A DNA stretch of 64,000 nucleotides from Auanema rhodensis (GCA_964057225.1 OZ059900.1:21762001-21826000), one strand, 5' to 3'; numbered from the stretch's first letter, positions 1 through 13,100 are shown. Made by a program: numbers and translations. Notes: a model not told the origin generated them from the letters alone.

Positions 1-684
1 GTATTTTTCTAGTGTTCAGCATGTAAAATGCTTCATTTTAGTATGTAACACGCTGAAATTCGTTGCATTTGACGACTCATATGAACAAAAATCGATTTAA
101 TCAATATTAGCCATAAAGGGCGTGCCCTCAGAATATGCTAATTTCCTTAATTTTCTAACCCCTGTTTTTTTGTCGTGAAAGTGGAACTAGACGTTGTAGG
201 AACAATTTTGAGCTAGGTTTCATTGACATTGCATGAGTTTGAACACATGAAATCGTAAGTCAAAACCTTGTTTACAGCGAAATTTCCAAAAACTGGTTTT
301 CCAGCATAATAAAATATTTCTCATGGGTATTACTGTGTTTTTGTATTTTTCTAGTGTTCAGCATGTAAAATGCTTCATTTTAGTATGTAACACGCTGAAA
401 TTCGTTGCATTTGACGACTCATATGAACAAAAATCGATTTAATCAATATTAGCCATAAGGGGCGTGCCCTCAGAATATGCTAATTTCCTTAATTTTCTAA
501 CCCCTGTTTTTTTGTCGTGAAAGTGGAACTAGACGTTGTACGAACAATTTTGAGCTAGGTTTCATTGACATTGCATGAGTTTGAACACATGAAATCGTAA
601 GTCAAAACCTTGTTTACAGCGAAATTTCCAAAAACTGGTTTTCCAGCATAATAAAATATTTCTCATGGGTATTACTGTGTTTTT

Positions 685-1026
685 GTATTTTTCTAGTGTT
701 CAGCATGTAAAATGCTTCATTTTAGTATGTAACACGCTGAAATTCGTTGCATTTGACGACTCATATGAACAAAAATCGATTTAATCAATATTAGCCATAA
801 GGGGCGTGCCCTCAGAATATGCTAATTTCCTTAATTTTCTAACCCCTGTTTTTTTGTCGTGAAAGTGGAACTAGACGTTGTACGAACAATTTTGAGCTAG
901 GTTTCATTGACATTGCATGAGTTTGAACACATGAAATCGTAAGTCAAAACCTTGTTTACAGCGAAATTTCCAAAAACTGGTTTTCCAGCATAATAAAATA
1001 TTTCTCATGGGAAATACTGTGTTTTT
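685..1026 (+). repeat. Representative consensus-type 342-bp monomer (M3)
   Basis: Carries the majority allele at the sites I tracked (TAAGGGGCG, TTGTACGAAC, GGGAAATAC, GTAAAATG). Hand count: 57 C + 59 G of 342 bases (~34% GC), 10 CpG. Confidence 0.93.
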
Positions 1027-3420
1027 GTATTTTTCTAGTGTTCAGCATGTGAAATGCTTCATTTTAGTATGTAACACGCTGAAATTCGTTGCATTTGACG
1101 ACTCATATGAACAAAAATCGATTTAATCAATATTAGCCATAAAGGGCGTGCCCTCAGAATATGCTAATTTCCTTAATTTTCTAACCCCTGTTTTTTTGTC
1201 GTGAAAGTGGAACTAGACGTTGTAGGAACAATTTTGAGCTAGGTTTCATTGACATTGCATGAGTTTGAACACATGAAATCGTAAGTCAAAACCTTGTTTA
1301 CAGCGAAATTTCCAAAAACTGGTTTTCCAGCATAATAAAATATTTCTCATGGGAAATACTGTGTTTTTGTATTTTTCTAGTGTTCAGCATGTAAAATGCT
1401 TCATTTTAGTATGTAACACGCTGAAATTCGTTGCATTTGACGACTCATATGAACAAAAATCGATTTAATCAATATTAGCCATAAGGGGCGTGCCCTCAGA
1501 ATATGCTAATTTCCTTAATTTTCTAACCCCTGTTTTTTTGTCGTGAAAGTGGAACTAGACGTTGTAGGAACAATTTTGAGCTAGGTTTCATTGACATTGC
1601 ATGAGTTTGAACACATGAAATCGTAAGTCAAAACCTTGTTTACAGCGATATTTTCAAAAACTGGTTTTCCAGCATAATAAAATATTTCTCATGGGAAATA
1701 CTGTGTTTTTGTATTTTTCTAGTGTTCAGCATGTAAAATGCTTCATTTTAGTATGTAACACGCTGAAATTCGTTGCATTTGACGACTCATATGAACAAAA
1801 ATCGATTTAATCAATATTAGCCATAAGGGGCGTGCCCTCAGAATATGCTAATTTCCTTAATTTTCTAACCCCTGTTTTTTTGTCGTGAAAGTGGAACTAG
1901 ACGTTGTACGAACAATTTTGAGCTAGGTTTCATTGACATTGCATGAGTTTGAACACATGAAATCGTAAGTCAAAACCTTGTTTACAGCGAAATTTCCAAA
2001 AACTGGTTTTCCAGCATAATAAAATATTTCTCATGGGAAATACTGTGTTTTTGTATTTTTCTAGTGTTCAGCATGTGAAATGCTTCATTTTAGTATGTAA
2101 CACGCTGAAATTCGTTGCATTTGACGACTCATATGAACAAAAATCGATTTAATCAATATTAGCCATAAAGGGCGTGCCCTCAGAATATGCTAATTTCCTT
2201 AATTTTCTAACCCCTGTTTTTTTGTCGTGAAAGTGGAACTAGACGTTGTAGGAACAATTTTGAGCTAGGTTTCATTGACATTGCATGAGTTTGAACACAT
2301 GAAATCGTAAGTCAAAACCTTGTTTACAGCGAAATTTCCAAAAACTGGTTTTCCAGCATAATAAAATATTTCTCATGGGAAATACTGTGTTTTTGTATTT
2401 TTCTAGTGTTCAGCATGTAAAATGCTTCATTTTAGTATGTAACACGCTGAAATTCGTTGCATTTGACGACTCATATGAACAAAAATCGATTTAATCAATA
2501 TTAGCCATAAGGGGCGTGCCCTCAGAATATGCTAATTTCCTTAATTTTCTAACCCCTGTTTTTTTGTCGTGAAAGTGGAACTAGACGTTGTAGGAACAAT
2601 TTTGAGCTAGGTTTCATTGACATTGCATGAGTTTGAACACATGAAATCGTAAGTCAAAACCTTGTTTACAGCGATATTTTCAAAAACTGGTTTTCCAGCA
2701 TAATAAAATATTTCTCATGGGAAATACTGTGTTTTTGTATTTTTCTAGTGTTCAGCATGTAAAATGCTTCATTTTAGTATGTAACACGCTGAAATTCGTT
2801 GCATTTGACGACTCATATGAACAAAAATCGATTTAATCAATATTAGCCATAAGGGGCGTGCCCTCAGAATATGCTAATTTCCTTAATTTTCTAACCCCTG
2901 TTTTTTTGTCGTGAAAGTGGAACTAGACGTTGTACGAACAATTTTGAGCTAGGTTTCATTGACATTGCATGAGTTTGAACACATGAAATCGTAAGTCAAA
3001 ACCTTGTTTACAGCGAAATTTCCAAAAACTGGTTTTCCAGCATAATAAAATATTTCTCATGGGAAATACTGTGTTTTTGTATTTTTCTAGTGTTCAGCAT
3101 GTAAAATGCTTCATTTTAGTATGTAACACGCTGAAATTCGTTGCATTTGACGACTCATATGAACAAAAATCGATTTAATCAATATTAGCCATAAGGGGCG
3201 TGCCCTCAGAATATGCTAATTTCCTTAATTTTCTAACCCCTGTTTTTTTGTCGTGAAAGTGGAACTAGACGTTGTACGAACAATTTTGAGCTGGGTTTCA
3301 TTGACATTGCATGAGTTTGAACACATGAAATCGTAAGTCAAAACCTTGTTTACAGCGAAATTTCCAAAAACTGGTTTTCCAGCATAATAAAATATTTCTC
3401 ATGGGAAATACTGTGTTTTT

Positions 3421-6400
3421 GTATTTTTCTAGTGTTCAGCATGTAAAATGCTTCATTTTAGTATGTAACACGCTGAAATTCGTTGCATTTGACGACTCAT
3501 ATGAACAAAAATCGATTTAATCAATATTAGCCATAAGGGGCGTGCCCTCAGAATATGCTAATTTCCTTAATTTTCTAACCCCTGTTTTTTTGTCGTGAAA
3601 GTGGAACTAGACATTGTATTAACAATTTTGAGCTAGGTTTCATTGACATTGCATGAGTTTAAACACATGAAATCGTAAGTCAAAACCTTGTTTACAGCGA
3701 AATTTCCAAAAACTGGTTTTCCAGCATAATAAAATATTTCTCATGGGAAATACTGTGTTTTTGTATTTTTCTAGTGTTCAGCATGTAAAATGCTTCATTT
3801 TAGTATGTAACACGCTGAAATTCGTTGCATTTGACGACTCATATGAACAAAAATCGATTTAATCAATATTAGCCATAAGGGGGCGTGCCCTCAGAATATG
3901 CTAATTTCCTTAATTTTCTAACCCCTGTTTTTTTGTCGTGAAAGTGGAACTAGACGTTGTACGAACAATTTTGAGCTAGGTTTCATTGACATTGCATGAG
4001 TTTGAACACATGAAATCGTAAGTCAAAACCTTGTTTACAGCGAAATTTCCAAAAACTGGTTTTCCAGCATAATAAAATATTTCTCATGGGAAATACTGTG
4101 TTTTTGTATTTTTCTAGTGTTCAGCATGTAAAATGCTTCATTTTAGTATGTAACACGCTGAAATTCGTTGCATTTGACGACTCATATGAACAAAAATCGA
4201 TTTAATCAATATTAGCCATAAGGGGCGTGCCCTCAGAATATGCTAATTTCCTTAATTTTCTAACCCCTGTTTTTTTGTCGTGAAAGTGGAACCAGACGTT
4301 GTACGAACAATTTTGAGCTAGGTTTCATTGACATTGCATGAGTTTGAACACATGAAATCGTAAGTCAAAACCTTGTTTACAGCGAAATTTCCAAAAACTG
4401 GTTTTCCAGCATAATAAAATATTTCTCATGGGAAATACTGTGTTTTTGTATTTTTCTAGTGTTCAGCATGTAAAATGCTTCATTTTAGTATGTAACACGC
4501 TGAAATTCGTTGCATTTGACGACTCATATGAACAAAAATCGATTTAATCAATATTAGCCATAAGGGGCGTGCCCTCAGAATATGCTAATTTCCTTAATTT
4601 TCTAACCCCTGTTTTTTTGTCGTGAAAGTGGAACTAGACATTGTATTAACAATTTTGAGCTAGGTTTCATTGACATTGCATGAGTTTAAACACATGAAAT
4701 CGTAAGTCAAAACCTTGTTTACAGCGAAATTTCCAAAAACTGGTTTTCCAGCATAATAAAATATTTCTCATGGGAAATACTGTGTTTTTGTATTTTTCTA
4801 GTGTTCAGCATGTAAAATGCTTCATTTTAGTATGTAACACGCTGAAATTCGTTGCATTTGACGACTCATATGAACAAAAATCGATTTAATCAATATTAGC
4901 CATAAGGGGGCGTGCCCTCAGAATATGCTAATTTCCTTAATTTTCTAACCCCTGTTTTTTTGTCGTGAAAGTGGAACTAGACGTTGTACGAACAATTTTG
5001 AGCTAGGTTTCATTGACATTGCATGAGTTTGAACACATGAAATCGTAAGTCAAAACCTTGTTTACAGCGAAATTTCCAAAAACTGGTTTTCCAGCATAAT
5101 AAAATATTTCTCATGGGAAATACTGTGTTTTTGTATTTTTCTAGTGTTCAGCATGTAAAATGCTTCATTTTAGTATGTAACACGCTGAAATTCGTTGCAT
5201 TTGACGACTCATATGAACAAAAATCGATTTAATCAATATTAGCCATAAGGGGCGTGCCCTCAGAATATGCTAATTTCCTTAATTTTCTAACCCCTGTTTT
5301 TTTGTCGTGAAAGTGGAACCAGACGTTGTACGAACAATTTTGAGCTAGGTTTCATTGACATTGCATGAGTTTGAACACATGAAATCGTAAGTCAAAACCT
5401 TGTTTACAGCGAAATTTCCAAAAACTGGTTTTCCAGCATAATAAAATATTTCTCATGGGAAATACTGTGTTTTTGTATTTTTCTAGTGTTCAGCATGTGA
5501 AATGCTTCATTTTAGTATGTAACACGCTGAAATTCGTTGCATTTGACGACTCATATGAACAAAAATCGATTTAATCAATATTAGCCATAAAGGGCGTGCC
5601 CTCAGAATATGCTAATTTCCTTAATTTTCTAACCCCTGTTTTTTTGTCGTGAAAGTGGAACTAGACGTTGTAGGAACAATTTTGAGCTAGGTTTCATTGA
5701 CATTGCATGAGTTTGAACACATGAAATCGTAAGTCAAAACCTTGTTTACAGCGAAATTTCCAAAAACTGGTTTTCCAGCATAATAAAATATTTCTCATGG
5801 GAAATACTGTGTTTTTGTATTTTTCTAGTGTTCAGCATGTAAAATGCTTCATTTTAGTATGTAACACGCTGAAATTCGTTGCATTTGACGACTCATATGA
5901 ACAAAAATCGATTTAATCAATATTAGCCATAAGGGGCGTGCCCTCAGAATATGCTAATTTCCTTAATTTTCTAACCCCTGTTTTTTTGTCGTGAAAGTGG
6001 AACTAGACATTGTATTAACAATTTTGAGCTAGGTTTCATTGACATTGCATGAGTTTAAACACATGAAATCGTAAGTCAAAACCTTGTTTACAGCGAAATT
6101 TCCAAAAACTGGTTTTCCAGCATAATAAAATATTTCTCATGGGAAATACTGTGTTTTTGTATTTTTCTAGTGTTCAGCATGTAAAATGCTTCATTTTAGT
6201 ATGTAACACGCTGAAATTCGTTGCATTTGACGACTCATATGAACAAAAATCGATTTAATCAATATTAGCCATAAGGGGGCGTGCCCTCAGAATATGCTAA
6301 TTTCCTTAATTTTCTAACCCCTGTTTTTTTGTCGTGAAAGTGGAACTAGACGTTGTACGAACAATTTTGAGCTAGGTTTCATTGACATTGCATGAGTTTG

Positions 6401-7185
6401 AACACATGAAATCGTAAGTCAAAACCTTGTTTACAGCGAAATTTCCAAAAACTGGTTTTCCAGCATAATAAAATATTTCTCATGGGAAATACTGTGTTTT
6501 TGTATTTTTCTAGTGTTCAGCATGTAAAATGCTTCATTTTAGTATGTAACACGCTGAAATTCGTTGCATTTGACGACTCATATGAACAAAAATCGATTTA
6601 ATCAATATTAGCCATAAGGGGCGTGCCCTCAGAATATGCTAATTTCCTTAATTTTCTAACCCCTGTTTTTTTGTCGTGAAAGTGGAACCAGACGTTGTAC
6701 GAACAATTTTGAGCTAGGTTTCATTGACATTGCATGAGTTTGAACACATGAAATCGTAAGTCAAAACCTTGTTTACAGCGAAATTTCCAAAAACTGGTTT
6801 TCCAGCATAATAAAATATTTCTCATGGGAAATACTGTGTTTTTGTATTTTTCTAGTGTTCAGCATGTGAAATGCTTCATTTTAGTATGTAACACGCTGAA
6901 ATTCGTTGCATTTGACGACTCATATGAACAAAAATCGATTTAATCAATATTAGCCATAAAGGGCGTGCCCTCAGAATATGCTAATTTCCTTAATTTTCTA
7001 ACCCCTGTTTTTTTGTCGTGAAAGTGGAACTAGACGTTGTAGGAACAATTTTGAGCTAGGTTTCATTGACATTGCATGAGTTTGAACACATGAAATCGTA
7101 AGTCAAAACCTTGTTTACAGCGAAATTTCCAAAAACTGGTTTTCCAGCATAATAAAATATTTCTCATGGGAAATACTGTGTTTTT
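3421..7185 (+). repeat. Local 3-mer/4-mer higher-order repeat (CATTGTATT+TTTAAAC, then G5, then ACCAGAC, optionally GTGAAA)
   Basis: The three-monomer series occurs at 3421-4447, 4448-5474 and 5817-6843. The last two are each followed by the same GTGAAA/AAAGGG/TAGG monomer. Confidence 0.88.
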
Positions 7186-10100
7186 GTATTTTTCTAGTGT
7201 TCAGCATGTAAAATGCTTCATTTTAGTATGTAACACGCTGAAATTCGTTGCATTTGACGACTCATATGAACAAAAATCGATTTAATCAATATTAGCCATA
7301 AGGGGCGTGCCCTCAGAATATGCTAATTTCCTTAATTTTCTAACCCCTGTTTTTTTGTCGTGAAAGTGGAACTAGACGTTGTACGAACAATTTTGAGCTA
7401 GGTTTCATTGACATTGCATGAGTTTGAACACATGAAATCGTAAGTCAAAACCTTGTTTACAGCGAAATTTCCAAAAACTGGTTTTCCAGCATAATAAAAT
7501 ATTTCTCATGGGAAATACTGTGTTTTTGTATTTTTCTAGTGTTCAGCATGTAAAATGCTTCATTTTAGTATGTAACACGCTGAAATTCGTTGCATTTGAC
7601 GACTCATATGAACAAAAATCGATTTAATCAATATTAGCCATAAGGGGCGTGCCCTCAGAATATGCTAATTTCCTTAATTTTCTAACCCCTGTTTTTTTGT
7701 CGTGAAAGTGGAACTAGACGTTGTAGGAACAATTTTGAGCTAGGTTTCATTGACATTGCATGAGTTTGAACACATGAAATCGTAAGTCAAAACCTTGTTT
7801 ACAGCGAAATTTCCAAAAACTGGTTTTCCAGCATAATAAAATATTTCTCATGGGAAATACTGTGTTTTTGTATTTTTCTAGTGTTCAGCATGTAAAATGC
7901 TTCATTTTAGTATGTAACACGCTGAAATTCGTTGCATTTGACGACTCATATGAACAAAAATCGATTTAATCAATATTAGCCATAAGGGGCGTGCCCTCAG
8001 AATATGCTAATTTCCTTAATTTTCTAACCCCTGTTTTTTTGTCGTGAAAGTGGAACTAGTCGTTGTACGAACAATTTTGAGCTAGGTTTCATTGACATTG
8101 CATGAGTTTGAACACATGAAATCGTAAGTCAAAACCTTGTTTACAGCGAAATTTCCAAAAACTGGTTTTCCAGCATAATAAAATATTTCTCATGGGAAAT
8201 ACTGTGTTTTTGTATTTTTCTAGTGTTCAGCATGTAAAATGCTTCATTTTAGTATGTAACACGCTGAAATTCGTTGCATTTGACGACTCATATGAACAAA
8301 AATCGATTTAATCAATATTAGCCATAAGGGGCGTGCCCTCAGAATATGCTAATTTCCTTAATTTTCTAACCCCTATTTTTTTGTCGTGAAAGTGGAACTA
8401 GACGTTGTACGAACAATTTTGAGCTAGGTTTCATTGACATTGCATGAGTTTGAACACATGAAATCGTAAGTCAAAACCTTGTTTACAGCGAAATTTCCAA
8501 AAACTGGTTTTCCAGCATAATAAAATTATTCTCATGGGAAATACTGTGTTTTTGTATTTTTCTAGTGTTCAGCATGTAAAATGCTTCATTTTAGTATGTA
8601 ACACGCTGAAATTCGTTGCATTTGACGACTCATATGAACAAAAATCGATTTAATCAATATTAGCCATAAGGGGCGTGCCCTCAGAATATGCTAATTTCCT
8701 TAATTTTCTAACCCCTGTTTTTTTGTCGTGAAAGTGGAACTAGACGTTGTACGAACAATTTTGAGCTAGGTTTCATTGACATTGCATGAGTTTGAACACA
8801 TGAAATCGTAAGTCAAAACCTTGTTTACAGCGAAATTTCCAAAAACTGGTTTTCCAGCATAATAAAATATTTCTCATGGGAAATACTGTGTTTTTGTATT
8901 TTTCTAGTGTTCAGCATGTAAAATGCTTCATTTTAGTATGTAACACGCTGAAATTCGTTGCATTTGACGACTCATATGAACAAAAATCGATTTAATCAAT
9001 ATTAGCCATAAAGGGCGTGCCCTCAGAATATGCTAATTTCCTTAATTTTCTAACCCCTGTTTTTTTGTCGTGAAAGTGGAACTAGACGTTGTAGGAACAA
9101 TTTTGAGCTAGGTTTCATTGACATTGCATGAGTTTGAACACATGAAATCGTAAGTCAAAACCTTGTTTACAGCGAAATTTCCAAAAACTGGTTTTCCAGC
9201 ATAATAAAATATTTCTCATGAGAAATACTGTGTTTTTGTATTTTTCTAGTGTTCAGCATGTAAAATGCTTCATTTTAGTACGTAACACGCTGAAATTCGT
9301 TGCATTTGACGACTCATATGAACAAAAATCGATTTAATCAATATTAGCCATAAGGGGCGTGCCCTCAGAATATGCTAATTTCCTTAATTTTCTAACCCCT
9401 GTTTTTTTGTCGTGAAAGTGGAACTAGACGTTGTACGAACAATTTTGAGCTAGGTTTCATTGACATTGCATGAGTTTGAACACATGAAATCGTAAGTCAA
9501 AACCTTGTTTACAGCGAAATTTCCAAAAACTGGTTTTCCAGCATAATAAAATATTTCTCATGGGAAATACTGTGTTTTTGTATTTTTCTAGTGTTCAGCA
9601 TGTAAAATGCTTCATTTTAGTATGTAACACGCTGAAATTCGTTGCATTTGACGACTCATATGAACAAAAATCGATTTAATCAATATTAGCCATAAAGGGC
9701 GTGCCCTCAGAATATGCTAATTTCCTTAATTTTCTAACCCCTGTTTTTTTGTCGTGAAAGTGGAACTAGACGTTGTAGGAACAATTTTGAGCTAGGTTTC
9801 ATTGACATTGCATGAGTTTGAACACATGAAATCGTAAGTCAAAACCTTGTTTACAGCGAAATTTTCAAAAACTGGTTTTCCAGCATAATAAAATATTTCT
9901 CATGGGAAATACTGTGTTTTTGTATTTTTCTAGTGTTCAGCATGTAAAATGCTTCATTTTAGTATGTAACACGCTGAAATTCGTTGCATTTGACGACTCA
10001 TATGAACAAAAATCGATTTAATCAATATTAGCCATAAGGGGCGTGCCCTCAGAATATGCTAATTTCCTTAATTTTCTAACCCCTGTTTTTTTGTCGTGAA

Positions 10101-13100
10101 AGTGGAACTAGACGTTGTACGAACAATTTTGAGCTAGGTTTCATTGACATTGCATGAGTTTGAACACATGAAATCGTAAGTCAAAACCTTGTTTACAGCG
10201 AAATTTCCAAAAACTGGTTTTCCAGCATAATAAAATATTTCTCATGGGAAATACTGTGTTTTTGTATTTTTCTAGTGTTCAGCATGTAAAATGCTTCATT
10301 TTAGTATGTAACACGCTGAAATTCGTTGCATTTGACGACTCATATGAACAAAAATCGATTTAATCAATATTAGCCATAAGGGGCGTGCCCTCAGAATATG
10401 CTAATTTCCTTAATTTTCTAACCCCTGTTTTTTTGTCGTGAAAGTGGAACTAGACGTTGTACGAACAATTTTGAGCTGGGTTTCATTGACATTGCATGAG
10501 TTTGAACACATGAAATCGTAAGTCAAAACCTTGTTTACAGCGAAATTTCCAAAAACTGGTTTTCCAGCATAATAAAATATTTCTCATGGGAAATACTGTG
10601 TTTTTGTATTTTTCTAGTGTTCAGCATGTAAAATGCTTCATTTTAGTATGTAACACGCTGAAATTCGTTGCATTTGACGACTCATATGAACAAAAATCGA
10701 TTTAATCAATATTAGCCATAAGGGGCGTGCCCTCAGAATATGCTAATTTCCTTAATTTTCTAACCCCTGTTTTTTAGTCGTGAAAGTGGAACTAGACGTT
10801 GTACGAACAATTTTGAGCTAGGTTTCATTGACATTGCATGAGTTTGAACACATGAAATCGTAAGTCAAAACCTTGTTTACAGCGAAATTTCCAAAAACTG
10901 GTTTTCCAGCATAATAAAATATTTCTCATGGGAAATACTGTGTTTTTGTATTTTTCTAGTGTTCAGCATGTAAAATGCTTCATTTTAGTATGTAACACGC
11001 TGAAATTCGTTGCATTTGACGACTCATATGAACAAAAATCGATTTAATCAATATTAGCCATAAAGGGCGTGCCCTCAGAATATGCTAATTTCCTTAATTT
11101 TCTAACCCCTGTTTTTTTGTCCTGAAAGTGGAACTAGACATTGTATTAACAATTTTGAGCTAGGTTTCATTGACATTGCATGAGTTTGAACACATGAAAT
11201 CGTAAGTCAAAACCTTGTTTACAGCGAAATTTCCAAAAACTGGTTTTCCAGCATAATAAAATATTTCTCATGGGTATTACTGTGTTTTTGTATTTTTCTA
11301 GTGTTCAGCATGTAAAATGCTTCATTTTAGTATGTAACACGCTGAAATTCGTTGCATTTGACGACTCATATGAACAAAAATCGATTTAATCAATATTAGC
11401 CATAAAGGGCGTGCCCTCAGAATATGCTAATTTCCTTAATTTTCTAACCCCTGTTTTTTTGTCGTGAAAGTGGAACTAGACGTTGTAGGAACAATTTTGA
11501 GCTAGGTTTCATTGACATTGCATGAGTTTGAACACATGAAATCGTAAGTCAAAACCTTGTTTACAGCGAAATTTTCAAAAACTGGTTTTCCAGCATAATA
11601 AAATATTTCTCATGGGAAATACTGTGTTTTTGTATTTTTCTAGTGTTCAGCATGTAAAATGCTTCATTTTAGTATGTAACACGCTGAAATTCGTTGCATT
11701 TGACGACTCATATGAACAAAAATCGATTTAATCAATATTAGCCATAAGGGGCGTGCCCTCAGAATATGCTAATTTCCTTAATTTTCTAACCCCTGTTTTT
11801 TTGTCGTGAAAGTGGAACTAGACGTTGTACGAACAATTTTGAGCTAGGTTTCATTGACATTGCATGAGTTTGAACACATGAAATCGTAAGTCAAAACCTT
11901 GTTTACAGCGAAATTTCCAAAAACTGGTTTTCCAGCATAATAAAATATTTCTCATGGGAAATACTGTGTTTTTGTATTTTTCTAGTGTTCAGCATGTAAA
12001 ATGCTTCATTTTAGTATGTAACACGCTGAAATTCGTTGCATTTGACGACTCATATGAACAAAAATCGATTTAATCAATATTAGCCATAAAGGGCGTGCCC
12101 TCAGAATATGCTAATTTCCTTAATTTTCTAACCCCTGTTTTTTTGTCCTGAAAGTGGAACTAGACATTGTATTAACAATTTTGAGCTAGGTTTCATTGAC
12201 ATTGCATGAGTTTGAACACATGAAATCGTAAGTCAAAACCTTGTTTACAGCGAAATTTCCAAAAACTGGTTTTCCAGCATAATAAAATATTTCTCATGGG
12301 TATTACTGTGTTTTTGTATTTTTCTAGTGTTCAGCATGTAAAATGCTTCATTTTAGTATGTAACACGCTGAAATTCGTTGCATTTGACGACTCATATGAA
12401 CAAAAATCGATTTAATCAATATTAGCCATAAAGGGCGTGCCCTCAGAATATGCTAATTTCCTTAATTTTCTAACCCCTGTTTTTTTGTCGTGAAAGTGGA
12501 ACTAGACGTTGTAGGAACAATTTTGAGCTAGGTTTCATTGACATTGCATGAGTTTGAACACATGAAATCGTAAGTCAAAACCTTGTTTACAGCGAAATTT
12601 CCAAAAACTGGTTTTCCAGCATAATAAAATATTTCTCATGGGTATTACTGTGTTTTTGTATTTTTCTAGTGTTCAGCATGTAAAATGCTTCATTTTAGTA
12701 TGTAACACGCTGAAATTCGTTGCATTTGACGACTCATATGAACAAAAATCGATTTAATCAATATTAGCCATAAGGGGCGTGCCCTCAGAATATGCTAATT
12801 TCCTTAATTTTCTAACCCCTGTTTTTTTGTCGTGAAAGTGGAACTAGACGTTGTACGAACAATTTTGAGCTAGGTTTCATTGACATTGCATGAGTTTGAA
12901 CACATGAAATCGTAAGTCAAAACCTTGTTTACAGCGAAATTTCCAAAAACTGGTTTTCCAGCATAATAAAATATTTCTCATGGGTATTACTGTGTTTTTG
13001 TATTTTTCTAGTGTTCAGCATGTAAAATGCTTCATTTTAGTATGTAACACGCTGAAATTCGTTGCATTTGACGACTCATATGAACAAAAATCGATTTAAT

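Larger units (their letters stand above)
1..11289 (+). repeat. Higher-order block A, copy 1 (M1-M33); may extend left of the window
   Basis: Its ordered variant series recurs from 12316. G5 insertions at 3879 and 4906 map to 16194 and 17221 (offset 12,315). Confidence 0.85.

Noticed and set aside
58-74. CENP-B-box-like ATTCGTTGCATTTGACG
   Set aside because: Matches TTCG and the central A but lacks the essential CGGG (6/9 core positions).
69-95. Hammerhead ribozyme core as in some transcribed satellites (TTGACGA resembles CTGANGA)
   Set aside because: The first core base is wrong, no stem II followed by GAAA, and no CTGANGA on the minus strand.
155-162. Telomere-like CTAACCC
   Set aside because: Single non-tandem occurrence per monomer; expected by chance.
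308-313. AATAAA polyadenylation-like signal, and TTGACA (223-228) resembling a bacterial -35 box
   Set aside because: Hexamers in 66% AT repeat DNA with no gene context and no correctly spaced -10 box.
1-342. Assignment to a known family by length (primate alpha-satellite dimer 2x171; beetle satellites of similar length such as the one I recall from Tribolium anaphe)
   Set aside because: I see no alphoid sequence similarity, and length coincidence is not evidence of identity. A BLAST search is needed.
1-342. 5S rDNA, tRNA or snRNA tandem gene unit
   Set aside because: No recognisable 5S, tRNA cloverleaf, A/B box or snRNA sequence in the monomer on either strand.
323-442. 39-codon ORF spanning each monomer junction (MG(N/I)TVFLYFSSVQHVKCFILVCNTLKFVAFDDSYEQKSI*); 342 is divisible by 3
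   Set aside because: Short, no recognisable homology, and expected by chance. All six frames contain stops in every monomer, so no long repeat protein is possible.
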